A DNA stretch of 64,000 nt from positions 352,001-416,000 of the forward strand of contig CAVPIB010000001.1 of assembly GCA_963704885.1 (NCBI GenBank), in the 5' to 3' direction. The notes below the pieces were generated by a model. The model did not search any database, was not told the DNA's origin, and saw only the letters and a program-made list of their open reading frames with translations. This stretch comes from an uncultured Actinomycetes bacterium. Its GTDB lineage: Bacteria > Actinomycetota > UBA4738 > HRBIN12. Numbering within the stretch: position 1 is the first letter of the stretch; each line of letters begins with the position of its first letter. Below are positions 30,401-39,397 of the stretch, in pieces. The position numbers were made by a program, and so were the translations under genes.

Positions 30401-33400
30401 TCGAAAGCGGGTCGGTCTCGGAGATCAGCCGGCCGGCGTCGTCGTAGGCCCACGAGGTCGTGTGCGAGAGTGGATCGGTCATCGAGGTCATCCGAGCGTT
30501 GTCGTCGTATGTGTAGGTCGACGTGTTGGCGTTCGCGTCGGTCTTGGCCTCGACGAGCCCTCGCTCGTCGTAGTCCCAGAGCGTCTCGGCGCCTTCGGGG
30601 TCGGTGACCCGGATCAGGTGTCCAACCGCGTCGTATAAGAACTCGGTATCGCGATCCAGGGGATCGCGGATCAAGATCAGTCGGCCGAGGAGATCGTAGA
30701 AATACGTCGTGGTCGCATCGAGCGGATCGGTCTCGGTCTGGAGGCGCCCGGCCCCGTCGTAGGTGTAGGTCCAGGTGTGTGAAAGCGGATCGGTCTCGGT
30801 GAGCTTGTGACCGCCGTCGTCGTAGGTGTAGGTCCAGGTCTCCTCGAGCGGGTCGGTCTTGGAAGTCATGTTTCCGTCGGCGTCGTAGCTGAACGTCGTC
30901 TGGCGCTCCAGCGGGTCGGTCGAGGAGATGAGGTTCCCGTCTGAGTCGTAGGCGAGGGTGGTGGTGTTGTCGCGGCCGTCGGTGACGGTCGTCGGCAGAT
31001 GCTTCGCGTTGTACGTGAACGAGACGGGGTTCGCGAGCGGGTCGAGGAGCTCGTTCAGGTCCCCGTCGTAGTCGAAGTCGAACTCCCACTCGTTGAACGC
31101 GGGGTCGATGACGGCGTCGAGGTTCCCGTAGGCGTCGAAGAGGTAGGTGATGCGGTTGTCGAGGGGGTCTATCGCGTCGGTCGTTCGGTGCGCGGCGTCG
31201 AAGTAGAACACCGAGACCTCGGCCTCGGGGTCCGTGACCTCGGTCGCTCCCTTCCCCGGCGTGTCATAGGAGAGCTCGATCGTCGCGTCCGAGGCGTCGG
31301 TCTGGGAGATCACCCGACCCACCTCGTCGTAGGCGTAGGCGACGACCTGGTGCGCCTCCTGGTCCGTCACGGTCACCAGGCGATGCCGGTCGTAGGTGTA
31401 GGTGCGCTCTCCATCCTCGGGGTCGGTCACCGAGACGAGATCGCCCGAGCCGTCGTAGGCGTAGGCGTGAACGGCATCGAGCGGGTCGGTGACGGTGACG
31501 AGACGCCCGGAGCTGTAGGTAAGCGTGATGCTCCGGTCCCCCGGCGCCTCGACGCTACTGAGCAGGCCCCCGCCGTCGTAGGAAAGCGTGATCTCGTTGC
31601 CGTTCAGATCCTCGATCGAATCCAGGCGCCCGGCCGAGGTGAACCGGTAGATCTGGTTGTCCTTCGTCGTGAGCGTGAAGCTGCCGTCGCCCTCCTCGAC
31701 GAGCTCGGAATGCACGCGCGGATCTACGGGGGTGTAGTCGCCGACGAACTCGTCGAAGAACTCCTCGCGACCCGAGCCGTACACGACCGCGACGTCGGAG
31801 CTCACGAACTCGAGGTGGGTGTCGTAGGTGTGCGTCCATCGGTAGCCGAGCGTGCCGTAGGCGTCCGAGTGGGCGTTGTAGTAGCGGGTGAAGGTGAGCG
31901 GCATCGTGCCGGGGAGCGAGAGGTCCTGCTCGGCGAAAGCGACGTTGCCGGTCGTCGTGTCGATCCCGAGACCGACCCGGGAGGAGAAGGGCTCGGACAC
32001 GCGTTGGCGCGCGACGTTGTCCCCGATCGAGTACAGACGCCCACCGTTGACCATCTCCACGGTGAAGTAGCCGCGGGAGCCCATGAAGTCGTGGATCAGC
32101 ATCCGCGAGCGCCGGTACTCCCCGCGCGGCGTGCTCGTCGAGAGCACGATCCAGCTGTCCTCCTCCTCGTTCGTCCAGTTCACCCGGTAGATGCAGGTCC
32201 CACACGTGCCGACCCAGAACCCGATCGTGTAGGTCTGCGTGTCCCCGAGCACCCCCGTGTCGATCCAGGAGGAGCGGAGCACAGCGCCCTCGCCGTCGGA
32301 GGCGTAGACGTAGGTCCCGTTGGCGTCTTCGCCAGCCGACAGGGCGTCGCCGCTTGAGTTCACCCACCCGGGCAAGACCTGCTCGAACGCCGAGACGTCG
32401 TCCACGTCGGCGGTACCAGATCCGGTGACGATCTTGAGCTTCACGGTCTGGCCGGCGAAGGCCCCCACGCCGTAGCGGTAGGTCGCCCAGGAGGTGGTCG
32501 TGGCGTTGGAGTCCGTGGAGGCGGACTGGGAGTAGCCCTCCCCGTAGAGGATCGTCACCGACACGGGGACGTTGGAGTACGCCGATCCAGGAGCCGTGCG
32601 TGCGTCCAGCACCAGGTCATGCGCGCTCGCCGGGATCTCTAGCGGTGCGGTCGTGATGTCGCCATTCATGCGGGCGAAGTGGTTGCCCGCGTCGTCCACG
32701 AGCGACACACCGGAGGAGATATCCCACCCGGGCACCTCGACGAGCTGGATCCCGACGTCGTCGGCGAGGATCGTCCCCGTCACCTTCTGCACGCGGACCT
32801 TGATGTCGTCTCCCCGGTACGCCGTGAGGTCGAAGCGCACCTCCTGCCACGCGGACGTGGACGCGGTGCCGATCGCCACCTGGGTGTAGGTGGAATAGCT
32901 CGGCCCCACGGCGACCTTGACGCTGTACTGGGGGCTCGATCCCACCCCCTTCACGAAGACGGACCCGCGCTGGGCCGACTCGTCGACCTCGGTGGCCTCG
33001 GTCGTGATCGAGGTCCCGAGCCGCACGTAGTCGTCGCCCGAGTCGGCCTCGCGGCGGAAGTTGCCAGCGAGCGTGTGACCGGGGAAGGTCTCCTCCACCA
33101 CGACGTCGTCGATCCCAACCTCGCCCACGTATCGGGAGAACTTGAGCTTGACGCTCTGCCCCACGTAGGCGCTGACGTCGGCCCAGGAGTGCGACCAGTA
33201 GCCGCACTCATCGCAATAGTCGCTGAGGAGGAGCGTTTGGGTGGAGTAGGTCTCGCCGGTCAGCACGTAGACCCTGACCCAACTGTAGTTGTTCGTGGTG
33301 ATGTAGTTGACGTCGTAGGAGATGGCCTGCGCGTCGGACGGGATCGTGATCGCCGAGCTCGTGATCGTGTCGCTGGAGCCGAGCTTGGCCCAGTCGTCTC

Positions 33401-33839
33401 CCGAGGTCGTCTGGATCGATGGATCGCTCGTCTCGGTCCAGCCGGTGAAATCACCGGTCTCGAAGTCGTTGTTGTCGGGCGTGACGAGGGTGGAAGCCGC
33501 GTCTTCGAGGTCGACGTTCTCCGGAGGAGTGCCGACCTCCTCGGAGGGGTCTTCGAAGTCGGGGTTCTCCGGCGGTGTTCCGACCTCCTCGACGTCGCCG
33601 TCGATCGTGTGATTCAAGGGATAAGCAGGCTCGGCAGCCGATAGGGTCGGCGGGTCCGCTTTGGCCTCCGGCGTAAGTCCGGGCAGGAAAGAGCCTCGTG
33701 GAACAGCCTGCAGCACAAGCGCAACCGCCGTGAGACATAGGATGATGGCGACGCGACGCTGTCTTGGGCTGTGGCTGTGTCGGTAGGCTCGTCTGTCCCG
33801 GTCGTGGCCGCCAGGACCGAGATCGGTCATCGTTCGCAT
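27405..33839 (-). CDS. Secreted RHS/YD-repeat polymorphic toxin with CBM-like N-terminal domains and a putative RNase tip
   Basis: Signal/TM segment, PLTFTRYYN (DUF6531-like), dozens of YD repeats, core FTGE..YLRARTLDP.LGRF..NPVSNLDPSG, tip DHVLAH..HGVF..VITAFP; start may be ATG 33830 (9 nt after GGAGG). Confidence 0.95.
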   Translation of the reverse strand: MRTMTDLGPGGHDRDRRAYRHSHSPRQRRVAIILCLTAVALVLQAVPRGSFLPGLTPEAKADPPTLSAAEPAYPLNHTIDGDVEEVGTPPENPDFEDPSEEVGTPPENVDLEDAASTLVTPDNNDFETGDFTGWTETSDPSIQTTSGDDWAKLGSSDTITSSAITIPSDAQAISYDVNYITTNNYSWVRVYVLTGETYSTQTLLLSDYCDECGYWSHSWADVSAYVGQSVKLKFSRYVGEVGIDDVVVEETFPGHTLAGNFRREADSGDDYVRLGTSITTEATEVDESAQRGSVFVKGVGSSPQYSVKVAVGPSYSTYTQVAIGTASTSAWQEVRFDLTAYRGDDIKVRVQKVTGTILADDVGIQLVEVPGWDISSGVSLVDDAGNHFARMNGDITTAPLEIPASAHDLVLDARTAPGSAYSNVPVSVTILYGEGYSQSASTDSNATTTSWATYRYGVGAFAGQTVKLKIVTGSGTADVDDVSAFEQVLPGWVNSSGDALSAGEDANGTYVYASDGEGAVLRSSWIDTGVLGDTQTYTIGFWVGTCGTCIYRVNWTNEEEDSWIVLSTSTPRGEYRRSRMLIHDFMGSRGYFTVEMVNGGRLYSIGDNVARQRVSEPFSSRVGLGIDTTTGNVAFAEQDLSLPGTMPLTFTRYYNAHSDAYGTLGYRWTHTYDTHLEFVSSDVAVVYGSGREEFFDEFVGDYTPVDPRVHSELVEEGDGSFTLTTKDNQIYRFTSAGRLDSIEDLNGNEITLSYDGGGLLSSVEAPGDRSITLTYSSGRLVTVTDPLDAVHAYAYDGSGDLVSVTDPEDGERTYTYDRHRLVTVTDQEAHQVVAYAYDEVGRVISQTDASDATIELSYDTPGKGATEVTDPEAEVSVFYFDAAHRTTDAIDPLDNRITYLFDAYGNLDAVIDPAFNEWEFDFDYDGDLNELLDPLANPVSFTYNAKHLPTTVTDGRDNTTTLAYDSDGNLISSTDPLERQTTFSYDADGNMTSKTDPLEETWTYTYDDGGHKLTETDPLSHTWTYTYDGAGRLQTETDPLDATTTYFYDLLGRLILIRDPLDRDTEFLYDAVGHLIRVTDPEGAETLWDYDERGLVEAKTDANANTSTYTYDDNARMTSMTDPLSHTTSWAYDDAGRLISETDPLSNTTSWAYDEAGRLVSETDAIDRETTYAYDDAGRLTSATLPNAATVGYTYDEAGNLTTTTDALENSTVSTYDEANQLVAVTDPLSNTTSYTYDDAGRKLTGTDPLSNTTSYAYDDAGRLVGVTDPLDNTTTYTLDAVGRTVETTDPTGRTTTSTFDDAGQLVATADGLENETTYGYDLAGRLVSVLLPSGAETTHAYDDMGNRTSVTDPLSNVSTYAYDDAGRLITETDPLSNATTYAYDAAGRMTSLTDALSGAVAFGYDDVGQMTILTDPNDETWTYAYDALGNRTSVTDPLSNVTEFVYDERGQLVERTDGRGVETAWTYDERGLPTSVTFPGGDVTYAYDDAGRRTSMIDDTGTTTFSYDDAGQMSSVAAPAGTIAYDWDEAGRRNAMTLPGGREIGYGYDLAGQLDSLTDPSNDETTFDYDEDGRRIEIDRPNGVVSTYVYDDAGRISSIDHVKDAATLASFDYTYDDRGLRTSMTTQAGTETYTHDDLGQLVAVEYADSEEVSYTYDDAGNRLTETRDSVTTTYTYDDAGRLVSVGAASATNDDAGNLTELGTNDFSHDYGNRLVSATANGHDATYNYDGDGERVGSEVDSTPVDYLVDREGGLPTVVDDESRAYLHADGLIEAAGGGDLYPLTDALGSVRVVTNASGASVGSRTYEVFGATRSQSGTALGFGFTGEPSDATGGVYLRARTLDPALGRFLQADTVRPGGSGSPGYNLYAYGTNNPVSNLDPSGHDVLAPIAPEAFVVTIPEAEIASRSIVSRLLATSRGALACRGASVCAAFGVIMAAIGAQAMLIIAGVLMCTMMPGCMQGARDDADLEEDLGSAGDADQEVNDTSDPGTPAPPVPPIVGGGAKTAADCDEPDGPLELIGSRTYRSRGGLVYGPDRPPFSTRADHVLAHLQEVPGVQHGVFSVADPCDVFDLLDRAWQRRFSGQSFSEEQGPKTKFYVEMEEFIGNAGGPGGPTTKWIRLVVTRGSTNVITAFPDYPLGVSP
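33501..33590 (-). repeat. 48-bp-period tandem duplication encoding EEVGTPPENxDxED
   Basis: Two related units starting at 33501 and 33549. Confidence 0.8.
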
Positions 33840-34086
33840 CCTCCAGCGGGGAAGCCCGACGATATGCAGTGAACCTAGTCGCAGTTACATGCGGAGGCAA
33901 ATCCACTTGCCACGCTGGGTTAGGATTCAATCGTTCGTACGCGCGAGCGAGCCGGCCGCACAGGCCGTATCCCGTCACCCTTCACGTCCGACGCTAGAGC
34001 ACTCGAGCCCAGAAATGCACTAGGCAGATGCCTAAGTCCTGCTCACCCCGAATGAGACGTGGCCTCGGCACGCCTAAACTGCGCCT

Positions 34087-34737
34087 GTGGATAACGAGGA
34101 TGGCGGGTGTTGCTTCGACGATTGGGTCGACGACTGGTCGAAGCGTGCCAAGAAGAAGCGCACGGTAGCCGGCGTCACCGCGCCGTTGCTGGCGGCGCTC
34201 GAGGAGGCCGGGATCCGCGATCGGAGCATCCTCGACATCGGTTGTGGGATCGGCGACCTGGCGACTGAGGCCGTTTCGCGCGGCGCCACCCTGGCCTTCG
34301 GCATCGAGCTATCTGCGAAGGCCGTCGAGGAGGCGCGGCGTCTCGCCGTGGATCGCGGTGTGGCTGATCGCATCTCGTTCCAGGTCGGTGACGGAGCCAA
34401 GGTCGCTCTGCCGGAAGCCGACATCGTCGTTCTGAACCGGGTGTTCTGCTGCTATCCGGACATCGACGCGCTGCTCACGAACTCACTCTCGGCGGCAGGC
34501 GTCGCCTACGCGTTCACGACGCCGCCGTCGACGGGGCTGGCGGGTTCGTTCGTCAAGGCGCAGATGCGGTTCGCAAACGCCTGGTACCGCCTTCGTGATA
34601 GCAAGTTCCAGGGGTTCCGAGTCTTCGTCCACGATGTGAAAGCGATCGATGCCCGTGTTCAGGAAGCGGGTTTCCGCCAGGTCCGCACCGGGTCACACCA
34701 CCTCGTTTGGCACATGGCGGTGTATGCCAGGCCGTAG
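34087..34737 (+). CDS. Class I SAM-dependent methyltransferase
   Basis: ILDIGCGIG, GIELS, DIVVLNRVFCCYPD. Confidence 0.9.
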   Translation: MDNEDGGCCFDDWVDDWSKRAKKKRTVAGVTAPLLAALEEAGIRDRSILDIGCGIGDLATEAVSRGATLAFGIELSAKAVEEARRLAVDRGVADRISFQVGDGAKVALPEADIVVLNRVFCCYPDIDALLTNSLSAAGVAYAFTTPPSTGLAGSFVKAQMRFANAWYRLRDSKFQGFRVFVHDVKAIDARVQEAGFRQVRTGSHHLVWHMAVYARP

Positions 34738-34760
34738 GCCTCGTCCGAGACCACGAGCCG

Positions 34761-35672
34761 TCACGGCAGGTCCAAGTCGAGCAGGGCCCCCAGCTCGCCA
34801 GCGTTCCTCACCGCGAAATCTCGGTAGCAGTTGTTCATGAGGACGTGGGTCTCGCGGGTCTGGGAGGCCAGCTGCTGCAACCGGGGGACCCACTCGGCGA
34901 GCTCCTGTTGTGAGTAGTCGTACTTGAAGCGATCCGCGGCGGTCTCGCTCTTGACGGTCCACGCCTCCACGTTGCGTCCGTGGAACCGCACCATGGACAG
35001 ATCGTCGGCTGTGGCCGCCGCGAACGGCGGCACACTGGAGTCGAACCCCTGCGGCATGTCCACACACACGAACGGCAACCGTCTTTCCTCCAGGAAAGAC
35101 AGGCTCTCCTCGCGATTGCGTTCGTTCATCCAGGACTCGTGGCGGAACTCGATCGCGATGCGGTAGTCGGGCAGCCGCGCCGCACACTCCTCTATGTACG
35201 CCTTGCTCTTGCGACCAATCACGAACCACTGCGGGAACTGGAACAGCACCGCGCCCAGCTTGCCCGCTGAGTGCAGCGGCATGAGCGCGTCGCGGAACCG
35301 CTGCCACACCTCGTCAACAGCCTCATCGGGCAGCTTGTCGCGGTAGACGTTCCGCTTCTCCAGCATGTCGGGTGACAGCGACTGTTTGATGTCGGCGTAG
35401 AGCGAGTCGGGTCGCGTGGGGTGGTTGGTCAAGAGCGAGTACGCCTTGATATTGAACGTGAAGTCTGCGGGCGTGCGCTCGATCCAGAGCACGGCGTTCT
35501 TCTCCGAGGGCGGGTAGTAGTAGGTGGAGTCCACCTCGACAAGTGGGAACCGCGACGCGTAGAACTTGAGCCGGGCCTCGGCGGAGCGAGCCTCGGGCGG
35601 ATAGAAGTTGCCGTCCTTCACGAGCGTCGGGTCGGTCCAGGACGAGGTCCCGATCAGTATCCGGCCGCTCAC
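34761..35672 (-). CDS. DUF72 family protein
   Basis: IGTSSW, VEVDSTYY, KLGAVLFQFP, EFRH.SW, VRFHGRN; GTG start overlaps the upstream stop. Confidence 0.93.
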   Translation of the reverse strand: MSGRILIGTSSWTDPTLVKDGNFYPPEARSAEARLKFYASRFPLVEVDSTYYYPPSEKNAVLWIERTPADFTFNIKAYSLLTNHPTRPDSLYADIKQSLSPDMLEKRNVYRDKLPDEAVDEVWQRFRDALMPLHSAGKLGAVLFQFPQWFVIGRKSKAYIEECAARLPDYRIAIEFRHESWMNERNREESLSFLEERRLPFVCVDMPQGFDSSVPPFAAATADDLSMVRFHGRNVEAWTVKSETAADRFKYDYSQQELAEWVPRLQQLASQTRETHVLMNNCYRDFAVRNAGELGALLDLDLP

Positions 35673-36055
35673 TTCTTCTTGTTGTTCTTGCGCAGGACGA
35701 TGTCCTTGGCGTTGTTCGCCTTCTCCTTGGCGATCCTCAACAGGCGCTGGGCCCAGACGTACTCGGTCGCCAGGATCGACAACCCCACGATGATCACCAC
35801 GATGCCCGGACCGGGGAGCACCAGCATGGCGATGCCGGCCAGCAGCACCACCAAGCCTGCGATCGTCACGAGGATACGCTTGCCGTTGTGGAGGATGAAC
35901 AGCACGACCGCCTTGACCGGGACGACGGCCGGATGGTTGTGCCATCGGCGTGCCAGCTCGGGGTCGGTCGCCGAGATCTCGGCAACGGTCTCGCTGGCAT
36001 CGCGTTCCTCGGGGTCATCACCCCAGATGTCGTGACGGTGAGGGTTCTCGCTCAT
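35669..36055 (-). CDS. PGPGW-domain membrane protein
   Basis: LVLPGPGIVVIIVGLSILATEYVWA. Confidence 0.88.
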   Translation of the reverse strand: MSENPHRHDIWGDDPEERDASETVAEISATDPELARRWHNHPAVVPVKAVVLFILHNGKRILVTIAGLVVLLAGIAMLVLPGPGIVVIIVGLSILATEYVWAQRLLRIAKEKANNAKDIVLRKNNKKK

Positions 36056-36100
36056 AGAGGCCCCTACTTTGACACGTCAGGGCGAGAACGTCGTCCTCGG

Positions 36101-36487
36101 TCAGTCGTCCTCGTGGCCGTCCCCGTCGTCGCCGGGCTCGCTCTCCTGGGCGCCGCCATGATCGTCGGGGCTGGACGATGACGAAGGGTCGGGCGACTCA
36201 CTCTCAGTCTCCGTTTCGCCCCCAGTTCCGTTCCCGGTCGGCGTCTCCGCTCCGGTCCCTCTGGAGGCGGAGGAGGTCTCAGGCGCAGGGGTCAGTCCCG
36301 GCGTATGTCCCGAGGAGGGTGACCTCTCAGACTTGGGTGATTCGGAAACCCCCGGACCCGGGATCTGTACCGCGGTGCCTGGCTCGCTGAGCGAACGGCC
36401 AGCCAGCGCGAACGCTCCCAGCGAAAGGGTCACGGCGAGCACCAGCCCACCAACGCCGAGCGCGACCACCTTCATCGCATCCTTCAT
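36101..36487 (-). CDS. Small membrane-anchored or secreted protein with low-complexity acidic tail
   Basis: N-terminal hydrophobic helix, S/T/E/P/G/D-rich tail. Confidence 0.75.
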   Translation of the reverse strand: MKDAMKVVALGVGGLVLAVTLSLGAFALAGRSLSEPGTAVQIPGPGVSESPKSERSPSSGHTPGLTPAPETSSASRGTGAETPTGNGTGGETETESESPDPSSSSSPDDHGGAQESEPGDDGDGHEDD

Positions 36488-36545
36488 GCCTCGAGCGTAC
36501 GCACCGGTGTGCTAAGAGCGGGCAAAGCCGAGGCTTGCCATTGCT

Positions 36546-37163
36546 TCAGTCTGGCCTGTCGGGCGCTTCCTGTCCCGGCCTCATGCCGCGCGGCCATCGC
36601 TTCAGCTCGAAGAAGTCATCCCTGCCGGCCAGCCAGCGCGTGTGCTCCCACATGTGATCGGCGTCCTCGCCCTGTGGCGCCAACGCCATGATGGGTCCGT
36701 ACAGGACCTTCGCGTCCACGATCTGAAGGGTGGGGACGCCGAAGACGCTCCGGCCGCGCGCGTCCAGGAACTCCCGGGTCACCTCGTCGGTCAGCTCGGA
36801 CGTAGCGACGGCGCGTTCCACGATGCCGGGCATATCCGCGTCGAGCGCCGCCGCGCGCACGACCTCGGCCGACGGCTCATCGTTGTCCACGTGGAGGCGA
36901 CGGCCGATCGCGTCGTATAGCCGCTCGAACGCCGGGTTGCCTCCTTCGCGGCGGGCGAGCGCCAGGGCCACCAGCGCCTCGCCGTCTCGCTCACACGCCT
37001 CCCAGAACGGGGTCCCCTCAGGCTGCGCGTTCAGCTCCAGGCTGAAGAGCCTCCAGTCCAGCTCCACGCGGCCGGCCCTGGCCAGCCCTCGAAGCCATCC
37101 CGCGGTCTGCCATGCCCACGGACACCCTGGGTCGACCCAAAGCCCGACCGGCGTCGGCGTCAC
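36546..37163 (-). CDS. DsbA-like thioredoxin-fold protein (Rv2466c family)
   Basis: DPGCPWAW, GVPTL, YGPI, FFELKR. Confidence 0.88.
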   Translation of the reverse strand: MTPTPVGLWVDPGCPWAWQTAGWLRGLARAGRVELDWRLFSLELNAQPEGTPFWEACERDGEALVALALARREGGNPAFERLYDAIGRRLHVDNDEPSAEVVRAAALDADMPGIVERAVATSELTDEVTREFLDARGRSVFGVPTLQIVDAKVLYGPIMALAPQGEDADHMWEHTRWLAGRDDFFELKRWPRGMRPGQEAPDRPD

Positions 37164-38587
37164 GAGCCGACTTCGCTAGGGGCTTCGGATGACGGGTCGC
37201 CAGCGGTCGCCGCCGAGGCCGACCTGAACCTGATCTCGACCCGCGTGCCACCGCCCTGGGCGTCCTGAAGCGAGAGCGCGCCACCCCAGCGCTCGGCCAG
37301 GTCGCGCGCGATAGCCAGGCCCAACCCCGACCCGCCGGGGGGGGCAGTCGAACCCCGGTAGAACCGCTCCGTCACCTTGGACCGTTCCCCCGGGGCGATG
37401 CCGGCTCCGTGGTCTCGCACGGCTAGGAACGCTCGTCTCTCGGCGATCCCGGTATCCAGCTCGATGGCGCCCGGTGCATAGGTCGCCGCATTCTCGAGAA
37501 GGATGTCCAGGATCTGGTCCACATCCGTCGGGTTGGCCTGCGCGACGCAATCCGTCCCAAGCAGCGAGAGCGATGAGCCGCGCGACGTCATGCGGTCGCT
37601 CCACCGCTCATCGGCCCGCTCGGCCGCGGCCCGCAACTCCACCTCGGTGGGTTCACCCTCTTCCAGTCGGCGGGCCATAACCAACAGCCGGTCCACTGTG
37701 GAGGCCAGCCGATCCACCTCCTGATCCGCGGCCCGCAGCTGCTCTTTCAGCTCCTCGGTCGGCGCCTGCTCCAACGCCGACTCCAGTCGCAGCTTCATGC
37801 CGGTCAGCGGAGTACGAAGCTGATGAGAGGCGTTAGCCACGAACTCCCGCTGGGCCTGCACGGTTCGCTCCAGCCGATCGGCCATCTCATCGAACGAACC
37901 GGCCAAGTCCTGGATCTCGTCGGCACCCTGCACGTCGCCGGCGCGCGCTCGCAGGTCGCCGGAGCCCAATCTGCGCGCCGCACCCGCCAACCGAGTGAGC
38001 GGGCGCGCGATCGCGCCGGACATGGCCAGGGCGATCACCATGCCGATCAGCAGGCCGACCCCGCCGATCACGGTGATCAATCCGATGGTGGTGCGACGGA
38101 CCGCGTCGTTCACGTCTTGGATGTTCTTCGTGATCCGCACCGCGCCTATGAGGCCCTCATCGATCACGGGAGCGGCGGCGACCATGATCTCCGAGTTCTC
38201 GGTGTCGCTGAACCGTCGCAGGACCTCAGCTCGAGGGCCGTCGGGCTCGAGGGCCGACTGGATCTCGGGCCGCTGGGCGGTGTTGTAGTTCTTGCCAACG
38301 CCGCGCCCATCCGAGTCCGCCAGCACCTTGCCCTTCCGGTTCATCACTATGACTCGGCCGTTCACTTCGATGGCGTAACGGCTGATCAGCTGGTCCAGAC
38401 CGGGGCCGGGAGCCATGCTCTCACCGTCCAGGCCGGCGGCGATCGTCTGGACGTTGGTCAAGACCTCACGCTCGATCTCCGCTCGGGCGCGGTCCCTGAG
38501 GCTGAAGAGCAGAGGGATGGTCAGGGCCACGAGCACCGCGACCACCAGGTAGCTGAAGGCCAGGACGAGTCGGCTGCGAACCTTCAC
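37160..38587 (-). CDS. HAMP-domain sensor histidine kinase (HisKA)
   Basis: Two TM helices, HAMP, ASHQLRTPL, DHGAG, GSGLGLAI. Confidence 0.95.
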   Translation of the reverse strand: MKVRSRLVLAFSYLVVAVLVALTIPLLFSLRDRARAEIEREVLTNVQTIAAGLDGESMAPGPGLDQLISRYAIEVNGRVIVMNRKGKVLADSDGRGVGKNYNTAQRPEIQSALEPDGPRAEVLRRFSDTENSEIMVAAAPVIDEGLIGAVRITKNIQDVNDAVRRTTIGLITVIGGVGLLIGMVIALAMSGAIARPLTRLAGAARRLGSGDLRARAGDVQGADEIQDLAGSFDEMADRLERTVQAQREFVANASHQLRTPLTGMKLRLESALEQAPTEELKEQLRAADQEVDRLASTVDRLLVMARRLEEGEPTEVELRAAAERADERWSDRMTSRGSSLSLLGTDCVAQANPTDVDQILDILLENAATYAPGAIELDTGIAERRAFLAVRDHGAGIAPGERSKVTERFYRGSTAPPGGSGLGLAIARDLAERWGGALSLQDAQGGGTRVEIRFRSASAATAGDPSSEAPSEVGS

Positions 38588-39267
38588 GAGGGCGCCGCGA
38601 ACCGGAAGCCCACGCCTCGCACCGTGGTGATCAGCTCCGGTTCCGAAGGCCGAGCCTCCAGCTTCTTGCGGAGCCAGGAGATGTGGACGTCAAGGGTCTT
38701 GGTGGGTCCGAACCAGTGCGGGTCCCAGACCTCGTCCATGATCTCCTCGCGGCGCACCACCTGACCGGCGTTGGCCATCAGCACATGGAGCAGGTCGAAC
38801 TCCTTGGCGGCCAGCTCGACGGGTTCGCCGGCCTTGGTGACGGTGCGCGAGGCGGGGTCCAGGTGGATCGGGCCGATGTCGATCGGGCCCTTGCGCGCGG
38901 TGGCCCGTCCGCGCCGCATGATCGCGCGCATGCGTGCGACCAGCTCGCCGGCGGAGAAGGGCTTGACCACGTAGTCATCGGCTCCGAGCTCGAGGCCTAC
39001 GATGCGGTCGATCTCCTCGCCGCGCGCGGTGAGCATGATGATCGGGACGTCGGAACCGACCCGGATCTTGCGGCAGAGGTCTCGCCCGTCGCCGTCGGGA
39101 AGCATGACGTCCAGCAGGATCAGGTCTGGCGGGGCGGCCTCGAACGCCGTGGTTGCGTCCTGGATGGTCGCTGCTATCTGGGCATCGAAGCCCTCTCTCG
39201 CTAGGTGTTCCGCGAGCGGTGCTGAGATGGCGGGTTCGTCTTCCACGACCAGCACCTTGGGCTTCAC
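38584..39267 (-). CDS. OmpR-family response regulator
   Basis: VLVVEDE, LLDVMLP, GADDYVVKPF, winged helix TVRGVGFR; GTG 39267 lies 6 nt after TACCAT. Confidence 0.95.
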   Translation of the reverse strand: MKPKVLVVEDEPAISAPLAEHLAREGFDAQIAATIQDATTAFEAAPPDLILLDVMLPDGDGRDLCRKIRVGSDVPIIMLTARGEEIDRIVGLELGADDYVVKPFSAGELVARMRAIMRRGRATARKGPIDIGPIHLDPASRTVTKAGEPVELAAKEFDLLHVLMANAGQVVRREEIMDEVWDPHWFGPTKTLDVHISWLRKKLEARPSEPELITTVRGVGFRFAAPS

Positions 39268-39354
39268 CCAGGCATGGTATCGCCGCTGCTCAGCGAGCGA
39301 ACTTGGCACTCTTGTGATTTGTCGTACCCCTCGTGTAGAACTAGCCAGGCTTCG

Positions 39355-39394
39355 GGCGGCGTCCCTCCCCGCGTCGCCAGAAAAGGGGGAGGGA
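39355..39394 (+). promoter_or_regulatory. Possible SD-sequestering leader structure of kinase 1
   Basis: TCCCTCCCC (39362-70) is exactly complementary to GGGGAGGGA (39386-94) and sits in the loop of GGCGGCG/CGTCGCC. Confidence 0.4.
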
Positions 39395-39397
39395 ACC

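Noticed and set aside
28700-31700. CRISPR-like recurring GTCGTCGTAGG / GGGTCGGT motifs
   Set aside because: They are YD-repeat codons inside the RHS ORF, with no constant repeat-spacer structure and no cas genes
26532-34069. GCCGAGGTCGCCACG and CGTGGCCTCGGC as inverted ends of the RHS island
   Set aside because: Short, needs a 3-nt gap, and expected by chance at this GC content
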